Assembly: GCF_036261875.1 (NCBI RefSeq)
Contig: NZ_DATAJZ010000020.1
Span: forward strand, 14,299 to 78,298
Source: Sphingopyxis sp.
GTDB lineage: Bacteria > Pseudomonadota > Alphaproteobacteria > Sphingomonadales > Sphingomonadaceae
Length of the DNA: 64,000 nucleotides
Reading direction: 5' to 3'
Shown here: piece after piece, positions 48,213 through 57,694 of the stretch
Layout: the number at the start of each line of letters is the position of its first letter
Position numbering within the stretch: the stretch's first letter is position 1
The notes under the pieces: generated by a model
Told to the model about the DNA's origin: nothing
The model's input: the letters and a program-made list of their open reading frames with translations, nothing else
The model's database searches: none
Position numbers and translations under genes: made by a program

Positions 48213-49247
48213 ATGAGCCTTACACCGCGAATCGCGATCGATGCGATGGGCGGTGACGTCGGCGTTCGCGTGATGTGCGCGGGCGCGGCGATGGCGCGTC
48301 ACCAGCACGACGGTCTGCGCTTCCTGCTTGTGGGAGACGAGACGCGGATCAAGGCCGCGCTCGACAACCACCCGAACCTGCGCGCGGCGTCGGAGATCAT
48401 CCACACCGACAAGGTCGTCTCTGGCGAGGACAAGCCCAGCCAGGCGCTGCGTGGCGGTCGCGGCAGCTCGATGGGGCTCGCGATCGACGCGGTGAAGCGC
48501 GGCGACGCCGGCGGCGCCGTCTCGGCGGGCAACACCGGCGCGCTGATGGCGATGGCGAAGGTCGCGCTGCGCACCATGCCGGGGATCGACCGACCGGCGC
48601 TCGCGGCGCTGCTACCCTCACTCGGCGACAACGATGTCGTCATGCTCGACCTCGGCGCCAACACCGATTGCGACGCGAACAATCTCGTCCAGTTCGCGGT
48701 CATGGGCGCCGCCTATGCCCGCACCGCCATGGGCCTCGCAAAGCCGCGCGTCGCGCTGCTCAACATCGGCACCGAAGAGCTCAAGGGCACCGACGAAATC
48801 CGCGACGCCGCCGCGCTGCTGCGCGCGGCCGAGGGGCTGCCGATGCAGTTCGCCGGTTTCATCGAGGGCGACAAATTGTCGCGCGGCGAGGTCGACGTCG
48901 TCGTTCACGACGGTTTCTCGGGCAATATCGCGCTCAAGACGATCGAGGGAACGGCGCGCTTCGTCACCGACCTGCTGCGCCGCGCCTTCACCTCGTCGGT
49001 GCGTTCGAAGATCGGCTTCCTGATCTCGCGCCCCGCGACCGAATTGCTGCGCCACCATCTCGATCCCAACAACCATAATGGCGCGGTGTTCCTGGGGCTT
49101 AACGGCGTCGTGCTGAAAAGCCACGGCAGCGCCGATGCGAAGGGGGTCGCGAATTGCGTCCACCTCTGCGCCGAACTCATCGAAAAGGATATCACGCGTC
49201 AGGTGACCGAGGATCTCGCCAATTTCCGTGGGAGCGCGGCGGCATGA
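48213..49247 (+). CDS. plsX: Phosphate acyltransferase PlsX
   Basis: [10 protein letters not shown]-terminus. rpmF-plsX-fabH synteny. Confidence 0.9.
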   Translation: MSLTPRIAIDAMGGDVGVRVMCAGAAMARHQHDGLRFLLVGDETRIKAALDNHPNLRAASEIIHTDKVVSGEDKPSQALRGGRGSSMGLAIDAVKRGDAGGAVSAGNTGALMAMAKVALRTMPGIDRPALAALLPSLGDNDVVMLDLGANTDCDANNLVQFAVMGAAYARTAMGLAKPRVALLNIGTEELKGTDEIRDAAALLRAAEGLPMQFAGFIEGDKLSRGEVDVVVHDGFSGNIALKTIEGTARFVTDLLRRAFTSSVRSKIGFLISRPATELLRHHLDPNNHNGAVFLGLNGVVLKSHGSADAKGVANCVHLCAELIEKDITRQVTEDLANFRGSAAA

Positions 49248-50209
49248 CCCTGCGCGCGATCTTGTCCGGCACCGGCTCGGCGCTGCCGCGCACGCGCGTT
49301 TCCAACGCCGAACTCGCGACGCGCGTTGACACCAGCGACGAGTGGATCGTCGAGCGCACCGGAATCCGCTTTCGCCATATCGCCGAACCCGACGAGACGA
49401 CCGCGACGCTCGGCGCCGCGGCGGCGAAGGAAGCGCTGGCGGCGGCCGGACTCGATGCCTCGGACATCGGCCTGATCATCGTCGCCACCGCGACCCCCGA
49501 CAATACCTTCCCCGCCAGCGCGACCAAGGTGCAGGCGCTGCTCGGCGCGCCCGATTGCATCGCCTTCGACGTCGCAGCTGTCTGCTCGGGCTTCCTCTAT
49601 GCCCTTTCGGTCGCCGATTCGATGCTCCGCACCGGCGCCGCGCGGCACGCGCTGGTGATCGGCAGCGAGACGTTCAGCCGCATCCTCGACTGGGAGGATC
49701 GTGCGACCTGCGTTCTGTTCGGCGACGGTGCGGGCGCGGTCGTCCTGTCGGCCGAGGAAGTCAGCGACGATCGCGGCATCCTCGCGACCCGGCTCCACGC
49801 CGAGGGCAAATATTGCGACATGCTCTATGTCGACGGCGGTCCGTCGACGACCGGCACCGTCGGCCACGTCCGCATGCAAGGCCGCGAAGTGTTCCGCCAT
49901 GCCGTTACCAATCTGGCGTCGGTGCTGGGTGAGGTGATGGAAGAGGTGGGCCTTGCCGCCAGCGACATCGACTGGGTCGTGCCGCATCAGGCGAACAAGC
50001 GGATTATCGATGCGACCGCGAAGAAGCTGGGCCTGTCCGCCGACCGCGTCGTGCTGACCGTCGACCAGCACGCGAACACGTCGGCGGCATCGGTGCCGCT
50101 CGCGCTCGACCTCGCGGTTCGCGACGGCCGCATCCAGCGCGGCGACCTCGTCGTGCTCGAGGCGATGGGCGGCGGCTTCACCTGGGGCGCGGCGGTCCTG
50201 CGCGTCTGA
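49244..50209 (+). CDS. fabH: 3-oxoacyl-ACP synthase III
   Basis: ATGA overlap with pls[10 protein letters not shown] active-site Cys and the HQAN motif. Confidence 0.9.
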   Translation: MTLRAILSGTGSALPRTRVSNAELATRVDTSDEWIVERTGIRFRHIAEPDETTATLGAAAAKEALAAAGLDASDIGLIIVATATPDNTFPASATKVQALLGAPDCIAFDVAAVCSGFLYALSVADSMLRTGAARHALVIGSETFSRILDWEDRATCVLFGDGAGAVVLSAEEVSDDRGILATRLHAEGKYCDMLYVDGGPSTTGTVGHVRMQGREVFRHAVTNLASVLGEVMEEVGLAASDIDWVVPHQANKRIIDATAKKLGLSADRVVLTVDQHANTSAASVPLALDLAVRDGRIQRGDLVVLEAMGGGFTWGAAVLRV

Positions 50210-50389
50210 TTCCAGCGATTCTCCTCCCGCTTGTGGGAGGGAATATGTTCACCGCATCAACTCCTCGCTCCATCCAATTCAGTTTGGAGGATTTATTCGC
50301 TTTTGTTACATAGGAGGCGGGACTCGTGTCGGTGGGGGCCTTCCGGGAACCTTTGGGTTGCATCCGCTTCAGGAGGGGAAGGGAAGAAG

Positions 50390-50683
50390 ATGACGTCAGG
50401 GACGCTTACGCGCGCCGATATCGCGGCGAAGATCAACCAGCAGATCGGCCTGTCGCGCAATGAATCGGCGACGATCGTCGAATCGATATTGGACCATATG
50501 TCGGACGCGCTCGCCAATGGGCAGAATGTGAAGATTTCGGGCTTCGGCACCTTCGTGCTGCGCGACAAGGCGCAGCGGATCGGCCGCAATCCCAAGACGG
50601 GGATCGAAGTGCCGATCCTGCCGCGCCGGGTGATGACCTTTCGCGCCAGCCAGTCGATGCGTGCCCGCGTCGCCGGCAAATAG
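50390..50683 (+). CDS. ihfA: Integration host factor alpha subunit
   Basis: GGAGGGGAAGGGAAG precedes ATG 50390. [21 protein letters not shown] motif. Confidence 0.9.
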   Translation: MTSGTLTRADIAAKINQQIGLSRNESATIVESILDHMSDALANGQNVKISGFGTFVLRDKAQRIGRNPKTGIEVPILPRRVMTFRASQSMRARVAGK

Positions 50684-50697
50684 CCTGGGTATGGCGC

Positions 50698-51096
50698 ATG
50701 GCTGATTCCGACCATGGCGCGGGCGGGAGCGCGGACAGGGGCAAGGCGGCGAGCGCGATGCTCGCGATCGGCGAACTCGCCGATCGCATCGGCGTGCCGA
50801 CGCATGTCCTGCGCTATTGGGAAACGCGCTTTCCGCAGCTCCGTCCGCTCCAGCGGTCGGGGCGGCGGCGCTATTACCGCGCCGAGGATGTCGCGCTCGC
50901 CGAGCGCATCCACCATCTGCTGCATGTGAAGGGCTTCACGGTCGAAGGCGCACGCAAGGCCTTGTCGCAGCCCAATGGCGCGGCCTCGGCTGAGCCGGTG
51001 GCGCCTCCGGCTGCAACGCCGGTCGCCGCATCGCATGGGGTTTCGGTGGAGGCGCTGGTCGCGCTGCGCCAGCGGCTCGCGGCGGCATTGCGTTAA
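50698..51096 (+). CDS. MerR-family transcriptional regulator
   Basis: HTH IGELADRIGVPTHVLRYWE. The position downstream of ihfA is common in alphaproteobacteria. Confidence 0.75.
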   Translation: MADSDHGAGGSADRGKAASAMLAIGELADRIGVPTHVLRYWETRFPQLRPLQRSGRRRYYRAEDVALAERIHHLLHVKGFTVEGARKALSQPNGAASAEPVAPPAATPVAASHGVSVEALVALRQRLAAALR

Positions 51097-51106
51097 AAGC
51101 GCCCGT

Positions 51107-51126
51107 GTCCCCGCGAAGGCGGGGGC
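51107..51126. repeat. Family B-like single hairpin after the merR-like gene
   Basis: TCCCCGC-GAAG-GCGGGGG. Confidence 0.4.
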
Positions 51127-51155
51127 GACGGCTATCGATCACGCAACCTATCTTT

Positions 51156-51237
51156 CATCGTCACCCCGGACTTGGCCCGGGGTCCATTCACGCACCGCTG
51201 GGAGAGTGGATTCCGGATCAAGTCCGGAATGACGAAG
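51156..51237. repeat. Family B double-hairpin element
   Basis: The left arm stem is CCCCGG/CCGGGG and the right arm stem is TTCCGG/CCGGAA. Confidence 0.8.
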
Positions 51238-51254
51238 GAGGAAATGGCGGCGGC

Positions 51255-51806
51255 TCAATCATCATCCATCGCCGGCGCGAGCGCCGGGTCGAGGTCGCGC
51301 GGGCGAACGAAGGCGGTGATCCGCGCCTGATTGACGTCGAGGTCCTGCCAGTCGGCGATGTCGAGCTCGAGCCGGACGAGCGCCGAGGTCGGCAGCTTTT
51401 CCTCGACCGCGGCGCGCAAGTTCCCGCCGCCCTCTTCGGGCGCGAGCATCAGCGCGAGATCCTCGAGCCCCGGATTATGCCCCGAAATCAGCAGATGCGC
51501 GGCATCCCTTCCGGTATCGCGCAGCACGTCGATCAGCGTCGCCGCCGAGGCGAGATAGATGCGCCGGTCCCAGACCGGTTCGATGGCGTCGAGGCCCGCA
51601 GCGGGCTGGAAGATGTCGAGCGTTTCGGTGACGCGCACGGCGGGCGAGGCGACGATGCGGTCGACCGGCATCGCGTGCCGCTTCACATATTGGCCGATCA
51701 GTTCGGCGCCACGGCGTCCGCGGGCGTTGATCGGCCGGTCGAAATCGCGCTCTACAGCCACGTCCCAGCCCGATTTCGCGTGCCGCAGGATGGTCAAACT
51801 CTTCAA
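51255..51806 (-). CDS. Histidine phosphatase family protein (SixA-like)
   Basis: LTILRHAKSGW catalytic RHxxS motif. Start set at TTG 51806, because the full ORF (to 51914) would overlap the helicase 3' end by 62 nt and add a non-conserved basic extension. Confidence 0.6.
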   Translation of the reverse strand: MKSLTILRHAKSGWDVAVERDFDRPINARGRRGAELIGQYVKRHAMPVDRIVASPAVRVTETLDIFQPAAGLDAIEPVWDRRIYLASAATLIDVLRDTGRDAAHLLISGHNPGLEDLALMLAPEEGGGNLRAAVEEKLPTSALVRLELDIADWQDLDVNQARITAFVRPRDLDPALAPAMDDD

Positions 51807-51852
51807 GATCGCTCCCCGCCTGTCCCCTCGTTCCCGGCCTTCTGCCGCAAAC

Positions 51853-54606
51853 TCATGACGGTGAAAAGGCAGGATATGCGCTTTTTCGCTGCCGCATGTT
51901 CGCGGCCGCGACATGGTTCACCGCCTCGTCGAGCGGCAGGCGGCGGATCGGTGTGCCTTCGGGAAAGGCGCTCAGCAGCCGCGACGGAAAGCTCGGCGAG
52001 AGCATCACGAACTGGCCGAAATCGTCGGCGCGGCGGATCAGGCGGCCGAAGGCCTGTCCGATGCGGGCGCGGATGACGCTGTCGTCATAGGCGCTGCCGC
52101 CCTGCGCCACGCGCCGCGCCGCGTGCAGGATCGTCGGGCGCGGCCACGGCACCCCCTCCATGATCACGAGCCGCAGCGAATCGCCCGGCACGTCGACGCC
52201 GTCGCGCAAGGCATCGGTGCCGAGCAGCGAGGCGTGCGGGTCGGCGCGGAAGATGTCGACGAGCGTACCGGTGTCGAGCGGATCGACATGCTGGGCATAG
52301 AGCGGCAGCCCGGCGCGCGCGAGCCGGTCGGCGATGCGCGCATGGACGATGCGTAGCCGGCGGATCGCACTGAACAGACCCAGCGCGCCGCCGCCCGACG
52401 CCTCGATCAGCCGGCTGTAAGCGCCCGCGAGCGCGGACAGGTCGCCGCGCGCGATGTCGGTGACGATCAGCACTTCGGACTGGCGCGCATAGTCGAACGG
52501 GCTCGGCACCGCGAAATGCTGAACCCCGCCGCCCATATGCCGCGCGCCGGTGCGGATGTCGGCGTCGGCCCAGCCCGATCCGCTGCTTCCGCCCCGCAGG
52601 GTGGCGGAGGTCACGAGCACGCCCTGCGCGGGGCGATACACCACCTCGGCGACCGGCCGCGCGGGGTCGAGCCAGTGGCGGTGAAGCCCCAGATCGAATT
52701 CGCGCCCGTCGTAGCGATCGACCGCGAGCCAATCGACGAAATCGGGATCGGCGGGGCCGCCGACGCGCCCGAGCAGCGACAGCCAGCCGCCCAATGTGTC
52801 GATCCGCGTGCCGAGGCTCGCCCGCGCGCCGTCGACCCGCGCGCGCGCCTGGCCGTCGAGCCAGTCGGGCGGGTCCTCGACCAGCGCGTCGAGCCTTTTG
52901 CCGAGCGCCAGCAGCGGCCGCAGCAGCGCCTCGACTGCGTCGCTCGCCCCCGCCGCCGCCGCGACCAGTTCGGGATCGGGGTCGGCAAGCTCGGTTTCGA
53001 GGCCATAGCCCGCGTCGGCGGTACGCGTGTCGACGCTGCGCGCATAGACCTGGCCGCGCACCGCGACGAGCAGCCGCTCGATCGCGCCCCACGGCGCCGT
53101 CTCGGCGATCCGGGCGAGCCAGCCCTCGCCGGGAAGCTCGCCCGACGCCGAGATCGCCGCCTGAATCGCGCGCTCGCCCGCCTCGTCATAGCTTGCGACG
53201 TCGGCGAGCCGCGCCGCGAGCCCGCGCCGCCGCCCGCGCGACTTGCCTTCGGGGCCGAGCACCCAGCGGCGGATCTCGACCGCTTCCTGTCCGGTCAGCG
53301 CCGCCGCGAACATCGAATCGGCGGCATCCCACAGATGATGTCCCTCGTCGAAGATCAGCCGCGTCGCGGGCGCCCCGCCCCCCTCCTGCGAACTCGGGCG
53401 CGGGCGGGCGGCCTGCACCATCGTCAGCGCATGGTTGGCGATGACGATGTCGGCCTGCGTCGCCGCGCGCGCCGAGCGTTCGATGAAGCATTTGCGGAAA
53501 TGCGGGCAGCCCGCGTAAATGCACTCGCCGCGCCGGTCGGTCAGCGCTGTCGTGCCGTTGCGGCGGAAGAGGGCGGGGAGCCAGCCGGGCAGGTCGCCGC
53601 CGACCATGTCGCCGTCGCGCGTATAGGCCGTCCAGCGCGCGACGAGCTGCGCGAGGATCGCCGCGCGCCCCGAAAAGCCGCCCTGCAGCGCATCCTCCAG
53701 ATTGAGCAGGCAGAGATAATTCTCGCGCCCCTTGCGCACGACGACCTTCTCGCGATGCGTCGCGGCGTCGGGGTAGAGTTTCTCGGTCTCGCGCGAAAGC
53801 TGGCGTTGCAGCGCCTTGGTGAAGGTCGAGATGCAGACTGCGCCCGCCGACTGGTCGATCCATTGTTTCGCGGGAGCGAGATAGCCGAGCGTCTTGCCGA
53901 TCCCGGTGCCCGCCTCGGCGACCAGCATTTCGGGCGCATCCTTGCGCGCGCGCGGACCGAAGATGGCGGCGGCGGCGCGGGCATAATCCTGCTGCCCCGC
54001 GCGCCGCTCGGCCCCGTCGCCGGTCAGCCGGTCGAGCCGCGCGGTCACGTCGTCGGGATTCACCGTCACCTGCCGCGGCTGGGGGCGCGGCGGCGCCTCC
54101 TCCCATTCGGGCAGGCGTGCGAACAGCCAGCGGTCGGCCTTGCCCGGCGGATCGAGCCGCGACTGCAGCAGCGAGGCCCACGGCCAGCGCTGGCGGCCGA
54201 GCGCCTGCAGCGCGTGCCACGCCCCCTCGCGCTCGGGCCAGTCCGGGTCGTCGAGGCTGGCGAGCATCGCGGCGGCGGCGTGCGGCAGGAAGGCCGCGAT
54301 ATCATCCTCGCGCGCGGGCGGCGTCAGGCCGAGCGCCGCGGCGATTCCCGCAGGGGTCGGCACCGCGAAGCGCGCGGGATAGAGGAAGGCGAACAGCTCG
54401 AGCAGGTCGAGCCCCGACAATTCGGGATAGCCGAGCCGGTCGCCGGTCAGCGTGGCGCCGAGCAGCAGGTGCGGTGTCGCGGCAACAGCGGCGATCGCCT
54501 CGCCGCGCCCGACCCTTTGCACGCGCCCGCCCGCATCGGCGATCCAGATGCCGACATGGCTCGCATGGAGCGCGGGCAGGGCCAGGGGATCGACGCGGGG
54601 GAGCAT
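51853..54606 (-). CDS. DinG/XPD (Rad3)-family ATP-dependent DNA helicase
   Basis: Walker A AGTGIGKTLGY, DEGH box FDEGHHL, and a 4-Cys Fe-S cluster region (CLLN...C.YAGCPHFRKC). 917 aa. Confidence 0.8.
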   Translation of the reverse strand: MLPRVDPLALPALHASHVGIWIADAGGRVQRVGRGEAIAAVAATPHLLLGATLTGDRLGYPELSGLDLLELFAFLYPARFAVPTPAGIAAALGLTPPAREDDIAAFLPHAAAAMLASLDDPDWPEREGAWHALQALGRQRWPWASLLQSRLDPPGKADRWLFARLPEWEEAPPRPQPRQVTVNPDDVTARLDRLTGDGAERRAGQQDYARAAAAIFGPRARKDAPEMLVAEAGTGIGKTLGYLAPAKQWIDQSAGAVCISTFTKALQRQLSRETEKLYPDAATHREKVVVRKGRENYLCLLNLEDALQGGFSGRAAILAQLVARWTAYTRDGDMVGGDLPGWLPALFRRNGTTALTDRRGECIYAGCPHFRKCFIERSARAATQADIVIANHALTMVQAARPRPSSQEGGGAPATRLIFDEGHHLWDAADSMFAAALTGQEAVEIRRWVLGPEGKSRGRRRGLAARLADVASYDEAGERAIQAAISASGELPGEGWLARIAETAPWGAIERLLVAVRGQVYARSVDTRTADAGYGLETELADPDPELVAAAAGASDAVEALLRPLLALGKRLDALVEDPPDWLDGQARARVDGARASLGTRIDTLGGWLSLLGRVGGPADPDFVDWLAVDRYDGREFDLGLHRHWLDPARPVAEVVYRPAQGVLVTSATLRGGSSGSGWADADIRTGARHMGGGVQHFAVPSPFDYARQSEVLIVTDIARGDLSALAGAYSRLIEASGGGALGLFSAIRRLRIVHARIADRLARAGLPLYAQHVDPLDTGTLVDIFRADPHASLLGTDALRDGVDVPGDSLRLVIMEGVPWPRPTILHAARRVAQGGSAYDDSVIRARIGQAFGRLIRRADDFGQFVMLSPSFPSRLLSAFPEGTPIRRLPLDEAVNHVAAANMRQRKSAYPAFSPS

Positions 54607-54660
54607 GGCCCCACGCTAGGGACAAAAGAGGAACGCGGCAAGCGTGCGGACCACCCCATT

Positions 54661-54742
54661 TTCGTCATCCCCGCGAAAGCGGGGACCCAGGGTGGGGTAG
54701 GCCGACGCACGCTCCGGGTTCCCGCTTTCGCGGGAATGACGA
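54661..54742. repeat. Family B double-hairpin element
   Basis: Arms TTCGTCATCCCCGCGAAAGCGGGGACCC and GGGTTCCCGCTTTCGCGGGAATGACG. Confidence 0.8.
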
Positions 54743-54764
54743 TGGTTGGGTATAGATGATTGGG

Positions 54765-55133
54765 TTAATTGAGCCCCCGCCGTCCGAACACCGGCGCGCG
54801 CTGGTTCAGAAAAACCGGCGGCGTCTCCGTCGCGGCACTTCGCTGCGCAGCCTCCAGCGCCTTGTAAAGCGCGCCGTGCAACAGCTCATAAGGAAAGCGC
54901 ACCCCCATGCGGTCGAACTCGGACCACATGACGACGGCATAAGTGACCTCGCCCGCATAATGGATTTCGCAGCGCGAGCGCGCCGGCATACTCGCCCCGT
55001 CGATCCGCGCCCCGCCTTCGGACAGGTCGGCGATGCGGCCGCCGACGAAGTTGAGAACGCCGTTGACCATGACCTCGATCGAGACCGGAGTCCGCTTGTG
55101 GCTGCGTGCCGTGGGGGCGCGAAAATTCGTCAT
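54765..55133 (-). CDS. Stand-alone PilZ-domain protein (c-di-GMP receptor)
   Basis: RSHKR (RxxxR) followed by DLSEGG (DxSxxG). 122 aa. Confidence 0.7.
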   Translation of the reverse strand: MTNFRAPTARSHKRTPVSIEVMVNGVLNFVGGRIADLSEGGARIDGASMPARSRCEIHYAGEVTYAVVMWSEFDRMGVRFPYELLHGALYKALEAAQRSAATETPPVFLNQRAPVFGRRGLN

Positions 55134-55252
55134 GCCGCGAAGCTAAGCCCGACATGGTAAATTTTTCGGTAATGACGATCTCGCAACCGGGACGTGCCCC
55201 TTAAGGCACTTTTGCCTTCGAATTGGCCGATCTTGCCGCTATGGGCGCAGCC

Positions 55253-56854
55253 ATGACTGACCTGCACCTTCATCCTTCGCTGCGCGCGCATGCGCAAACG
55301 TCCAAGGCCTGGCCGTTCGAGGAAGCGCGCAAGCTGGTCAAACGCTATCCCGACGGCAAGCCCGGCGGCGAGCCGGTGCTGTTCGAGACCGGCTATGGCC
55401 CCTCGGGCCTGCCGCACATCGGCACGTTCAACGAAGTGCTGCGCACGACGATGGTCCGCCGCGCCTATGAGGCGCTGACCGGCGGCGCCGCGACGCGCCT
55501 CGTTGCGTTCAGCGACGACATGGACGGGCTGCGCAAGGTTCCCGACAATGTCCCCAACCAGGCGATGCTGCGCGAACATCTCGGCAAGTCGCTCACCGCC
55601 ATCCCCGATCCGTTCGGCAAGTATGAGAGTTTCGCGCATCACAACAATGCGATGCTCCGCGAATTTCTCGACCGTTTCGGCTTCGAATATGAGTTTGTGA
55701 GTTCGACCGAGCGCTACAGGTCGGGCGCGTTCGACAATGCGCTCAGGAATGTCCTGCGCCACAATCAGGACATTCTCGACATCATGCTGCCGACGCTCCG
55801 CGCCGAGCGCGCCGCGACCTATTCGCCGATCCTGCCGGTCAGCCCGAATTCGGGCATCGTGCTCCAGGTGCCGGTGACCGTGGTCGATGCCGACGCCGGA
55901 CTCGTTTCGTTCGAGGACGAGGGCGAGACGATCACGCACAGCATCCTGTCGGGCGGCGCCAAGCTGCAATGGAAGGTCGACTGGGCGATGCGCTGGGTCG
56001 CGCTGGGCGTCGATTACGAGATGTACGGCAAGGACCTGACCGACAGCGGTATCCAGTCGGGCAAGATCGCCAAGGCGCTCGGCGGCCGCAAGCCCGAGGG
56101 GCTGATCTACGAGATGTTCCTCGACGAAAAGGGCGAGAAGATCTCGAAATCGAAGGGCAACGGCCTCAGCCTCGAACAATGGCTCGACTATGGCAGCGAG
56201 GAAAGCCTCGCCTTCTTCGCCTATCGCGAGCCCAAGGCGGCGAAGCAGCTTCACATTGGCGTGATTCCCAAGGCGGTCGACGAATATCTCCAGATGCGCG
56301 GCAACTATCCGGCGCAGGACGGCGACAAGAAGCTCGGCAACCCGGTGCACCACGTCCATGTCGCGCGCGGCGAGGATGTGCCCGCGGCCGAATTGCCGGT
56401 GACTTTCGGCCTGCTGCTCAACCTTGTCGGGGTGATGGGCGCCGATGCCTCGAAGGATCAGATCTGGCGCTACCTCGGCCAATATGTCGAGGGCGCGAAT
56501 GCGGACGCCTATCCCGAACTCGACCGGCTGATCGACAATGCGATGGCGTATAACCGCGATTTCGTCGCGCCGACCTTGCAGCGCCGCAAGCCGCAGGGCG
56601 GTGAGGGGGCGGCCCTGAAGGCGCTCGACGACAAGCTCGCGGCGTTGTCCGCCGACGCCTCGGCCGATGATATCCAGAACATCGTCTACGAGATCGGCAA
56701 GGACGAAGCCTATGGCTTCGAGAATCTGCGCGACTGGTTCAAGGCGCTCTACGAGACCCTGCTCGGGTCGAGCGCGGGGCCGCGCATGGGCAGCTTCATC
56801 GCGCTGTTCGGGATCGCCAACACGCGGCGGCTGATTGCCGAGGCTTTAGCGTAA
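55253..56854 (+). CDS. lysK: Class I lysine--tRNA ligase
   Basis: Motifs GYGPSGLPHIGT (HIGH-like) and KISKSKGNG (KMSKS). ATG 55253 within track ORF 55223..56854. Confidence 0.9.
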   Translation: MTDLHLHPSLRAHAQTSKAWPFEEARKLVKRYPDGKPGGEPVLFETGYGPSGLPHIGTFNEVLRTTMVRRAYEALTGGAATRLVAFSDDMDGLRKVPDNVPNQAMLREHLGKSLTAIPDPFGKYESFAHHNNAMLREFLDRFGFEYEFVSSTERYRSGAFDNALRNVLRHNQDILDIMLPTLRAERAATYSPILPVSPNSGIVLQVPVTVVDADAGLVSFEDEGETITHSILSGGAKLQWKVDWAMRWVALGVDYEMYGKDLTDSGIQSGKIAKALGGRKPEGLIYEMFLDEKGEKISKSKGNGLSLEQWLDYGSEESLAFFAYREPKAAKQLHIGVIPKAVDEYLQMRGNYPAQDGDKKLGNPVHHVHVARGEDVPAAELPVTFGLLLNLVGVMGADASKDQIWRYLGQYVEGANADAYPELDRLIDNAMAYNRDFVAPTLQRRKPQGGEGAALKALDDKLAALSADASADDIQNIVYEIGKDEAYGFENLRDWFKALYETLLGSSAGPRMGSFIALFGIANTRRLIAEALA

Positions 56855-56861
56855 AATGGAA

Positions 56862-56957
56862 CGTCATTGCGAGCGAAGTGAAGCAATCTCCAGCTATCGG
56901 TTTCGCGCAAGGCTGATGGCTGGAGATTGCGTCGTCGCTACGCTCCTCGCAATGACG
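56862..56957. repeat. Family C palindromic element, copy 2
   Basis: CGTCATTGCGAGCGAAGTGAAGCAATCTCCAGC...GCTGGAGATTGCGTCGTCGCTACGCTCCTCGCAATGACG. Confidence 0.8.
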
Positions 56958-56968
56958 AAAGAGGGCTT

Positions 56969-57451
56969 ATGATCGACATCTTCACCACCGGCGGCACGAT
57001 CGACAAAGTCTATTTCGACGCGCTCAGCGAGTTCCAGATCGGCCCCGCGGCGATCCCCGACATGCTGCGCGAGAATAATGTCCACGTCCCGCACCGCGTC
57101 ACGCAGCTCATGCGCAAGGACAGCCTCGAACTGACCGACGCCGACCGCGAGGCGATCCGCGCCGCGGTCGCCGCGAGCGATGCCGACCGCATCCTCGTCA
57201 CCCACGGCACCGACACGATGGTCGTCACCGGGCGCGTGCTCGCGGGGATCGCGGGCAAGACGATCGTGCTCACCGGCGCGATGCAGCCGGCGTCGGTGCG
57301 CGCGAGCGACGCCGAGTTCAATGTCGGCTTCGCGCTCGCCGCGGTGCAGACGCTGCCGCCCGGCGTCTATGTCGCGATGAACGGGATGATCTTCGACCCC
57401 GCAACGACGGTGAAGGACCGCGCCGCCGGGCGCTTCCGCGCCGGGACCTGA
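56969..57451 (+). CDS. Stand-alone asparaginase/glutaminase N-domain protein
   Basis: 160 aa with the TTGGTIDK threonine motif and HGTDTM. Confidence 0.65.
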   Translation: MIDIFTTGGTIDKVYFDALSEFQIGPAAIPDMLRENNVHVPHRVTQLMRKDSLELTDADREAIRAAVAASDADRILVTHGTDTMVVTGRVLAGIAGKTIVLTGAMQPASVRASDAEFNVGFALAAVQTLPPGVYVAMNGMIFDPATTVKDRAAGRFRAGT

Positions 57452-57460
57452 CACGCCGAT

Positions 57461-57559
57461 TCCCCGAGCGAAGCCGAGGGGCCATGCCGAGCGCAGTCGA
57501 GGCGGCGGCGATGCGGGTTCTCGCTCCGCTCGAACGGGCCCCTCGGCTTCGCTCGGGGA
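57461..57559. repeat. Family F palindromic element upstream of the bufferin-like operon
   Basis: TCCCCGAGCGAAGCCGAGGGGCC, about 53 nt, then GGCCCCTCGGCTTCGCTCGGGGA, giving perfect 23-nt arms. Confidence 0.7.
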
Positions 57560-57694
57560 ACCGGAGAAGGGCGAGTTAAATTGCTTTCGCCTGTGATCGA
57601 GATCATGCGACAAGGCCGCCGGGTCGTGTGACAAGAACAGCGGGCGACGAGTCGCCCCACTTCTATCGGGACAACCAAGGGAAGGGACGATCAC

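Noticed and set aside
47904-48404. A 166-aa minus-strand ORF overlapping rpmF and the plsX start.
   Set aside because: It overlaps the unmistakable L32 gene and the PlsX N-terminus on the opposite strand, and has no motifs. It is spurious.
51807-51914. The full-length 219-aa version of the SixA-like ORF (start at 51914).
   Set aside because: It would overlap the helicase 3' end by 62 nt and add about 36 non-conserved basic residues before the RHAKS motif. The TTG at 51806 is preferred, but the start remains uncertain.
52516-54759. A 747-aa plus-strand ORF opposite the DinG-like helicase. Similar long antisense ORFs occur at 2159-3910, 14363-16015, 21577-23640, 23688-25268, 36118-37593, 37511-38812 and 55130-56482.
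   Set aside because: All lie antisense to, or out of frame with, genes that carry clear catalytic motifs. All have Arg/Gly/Asp-rich composition and lack the third-position GC bias of the real frame. They are GC-driven artefacts.
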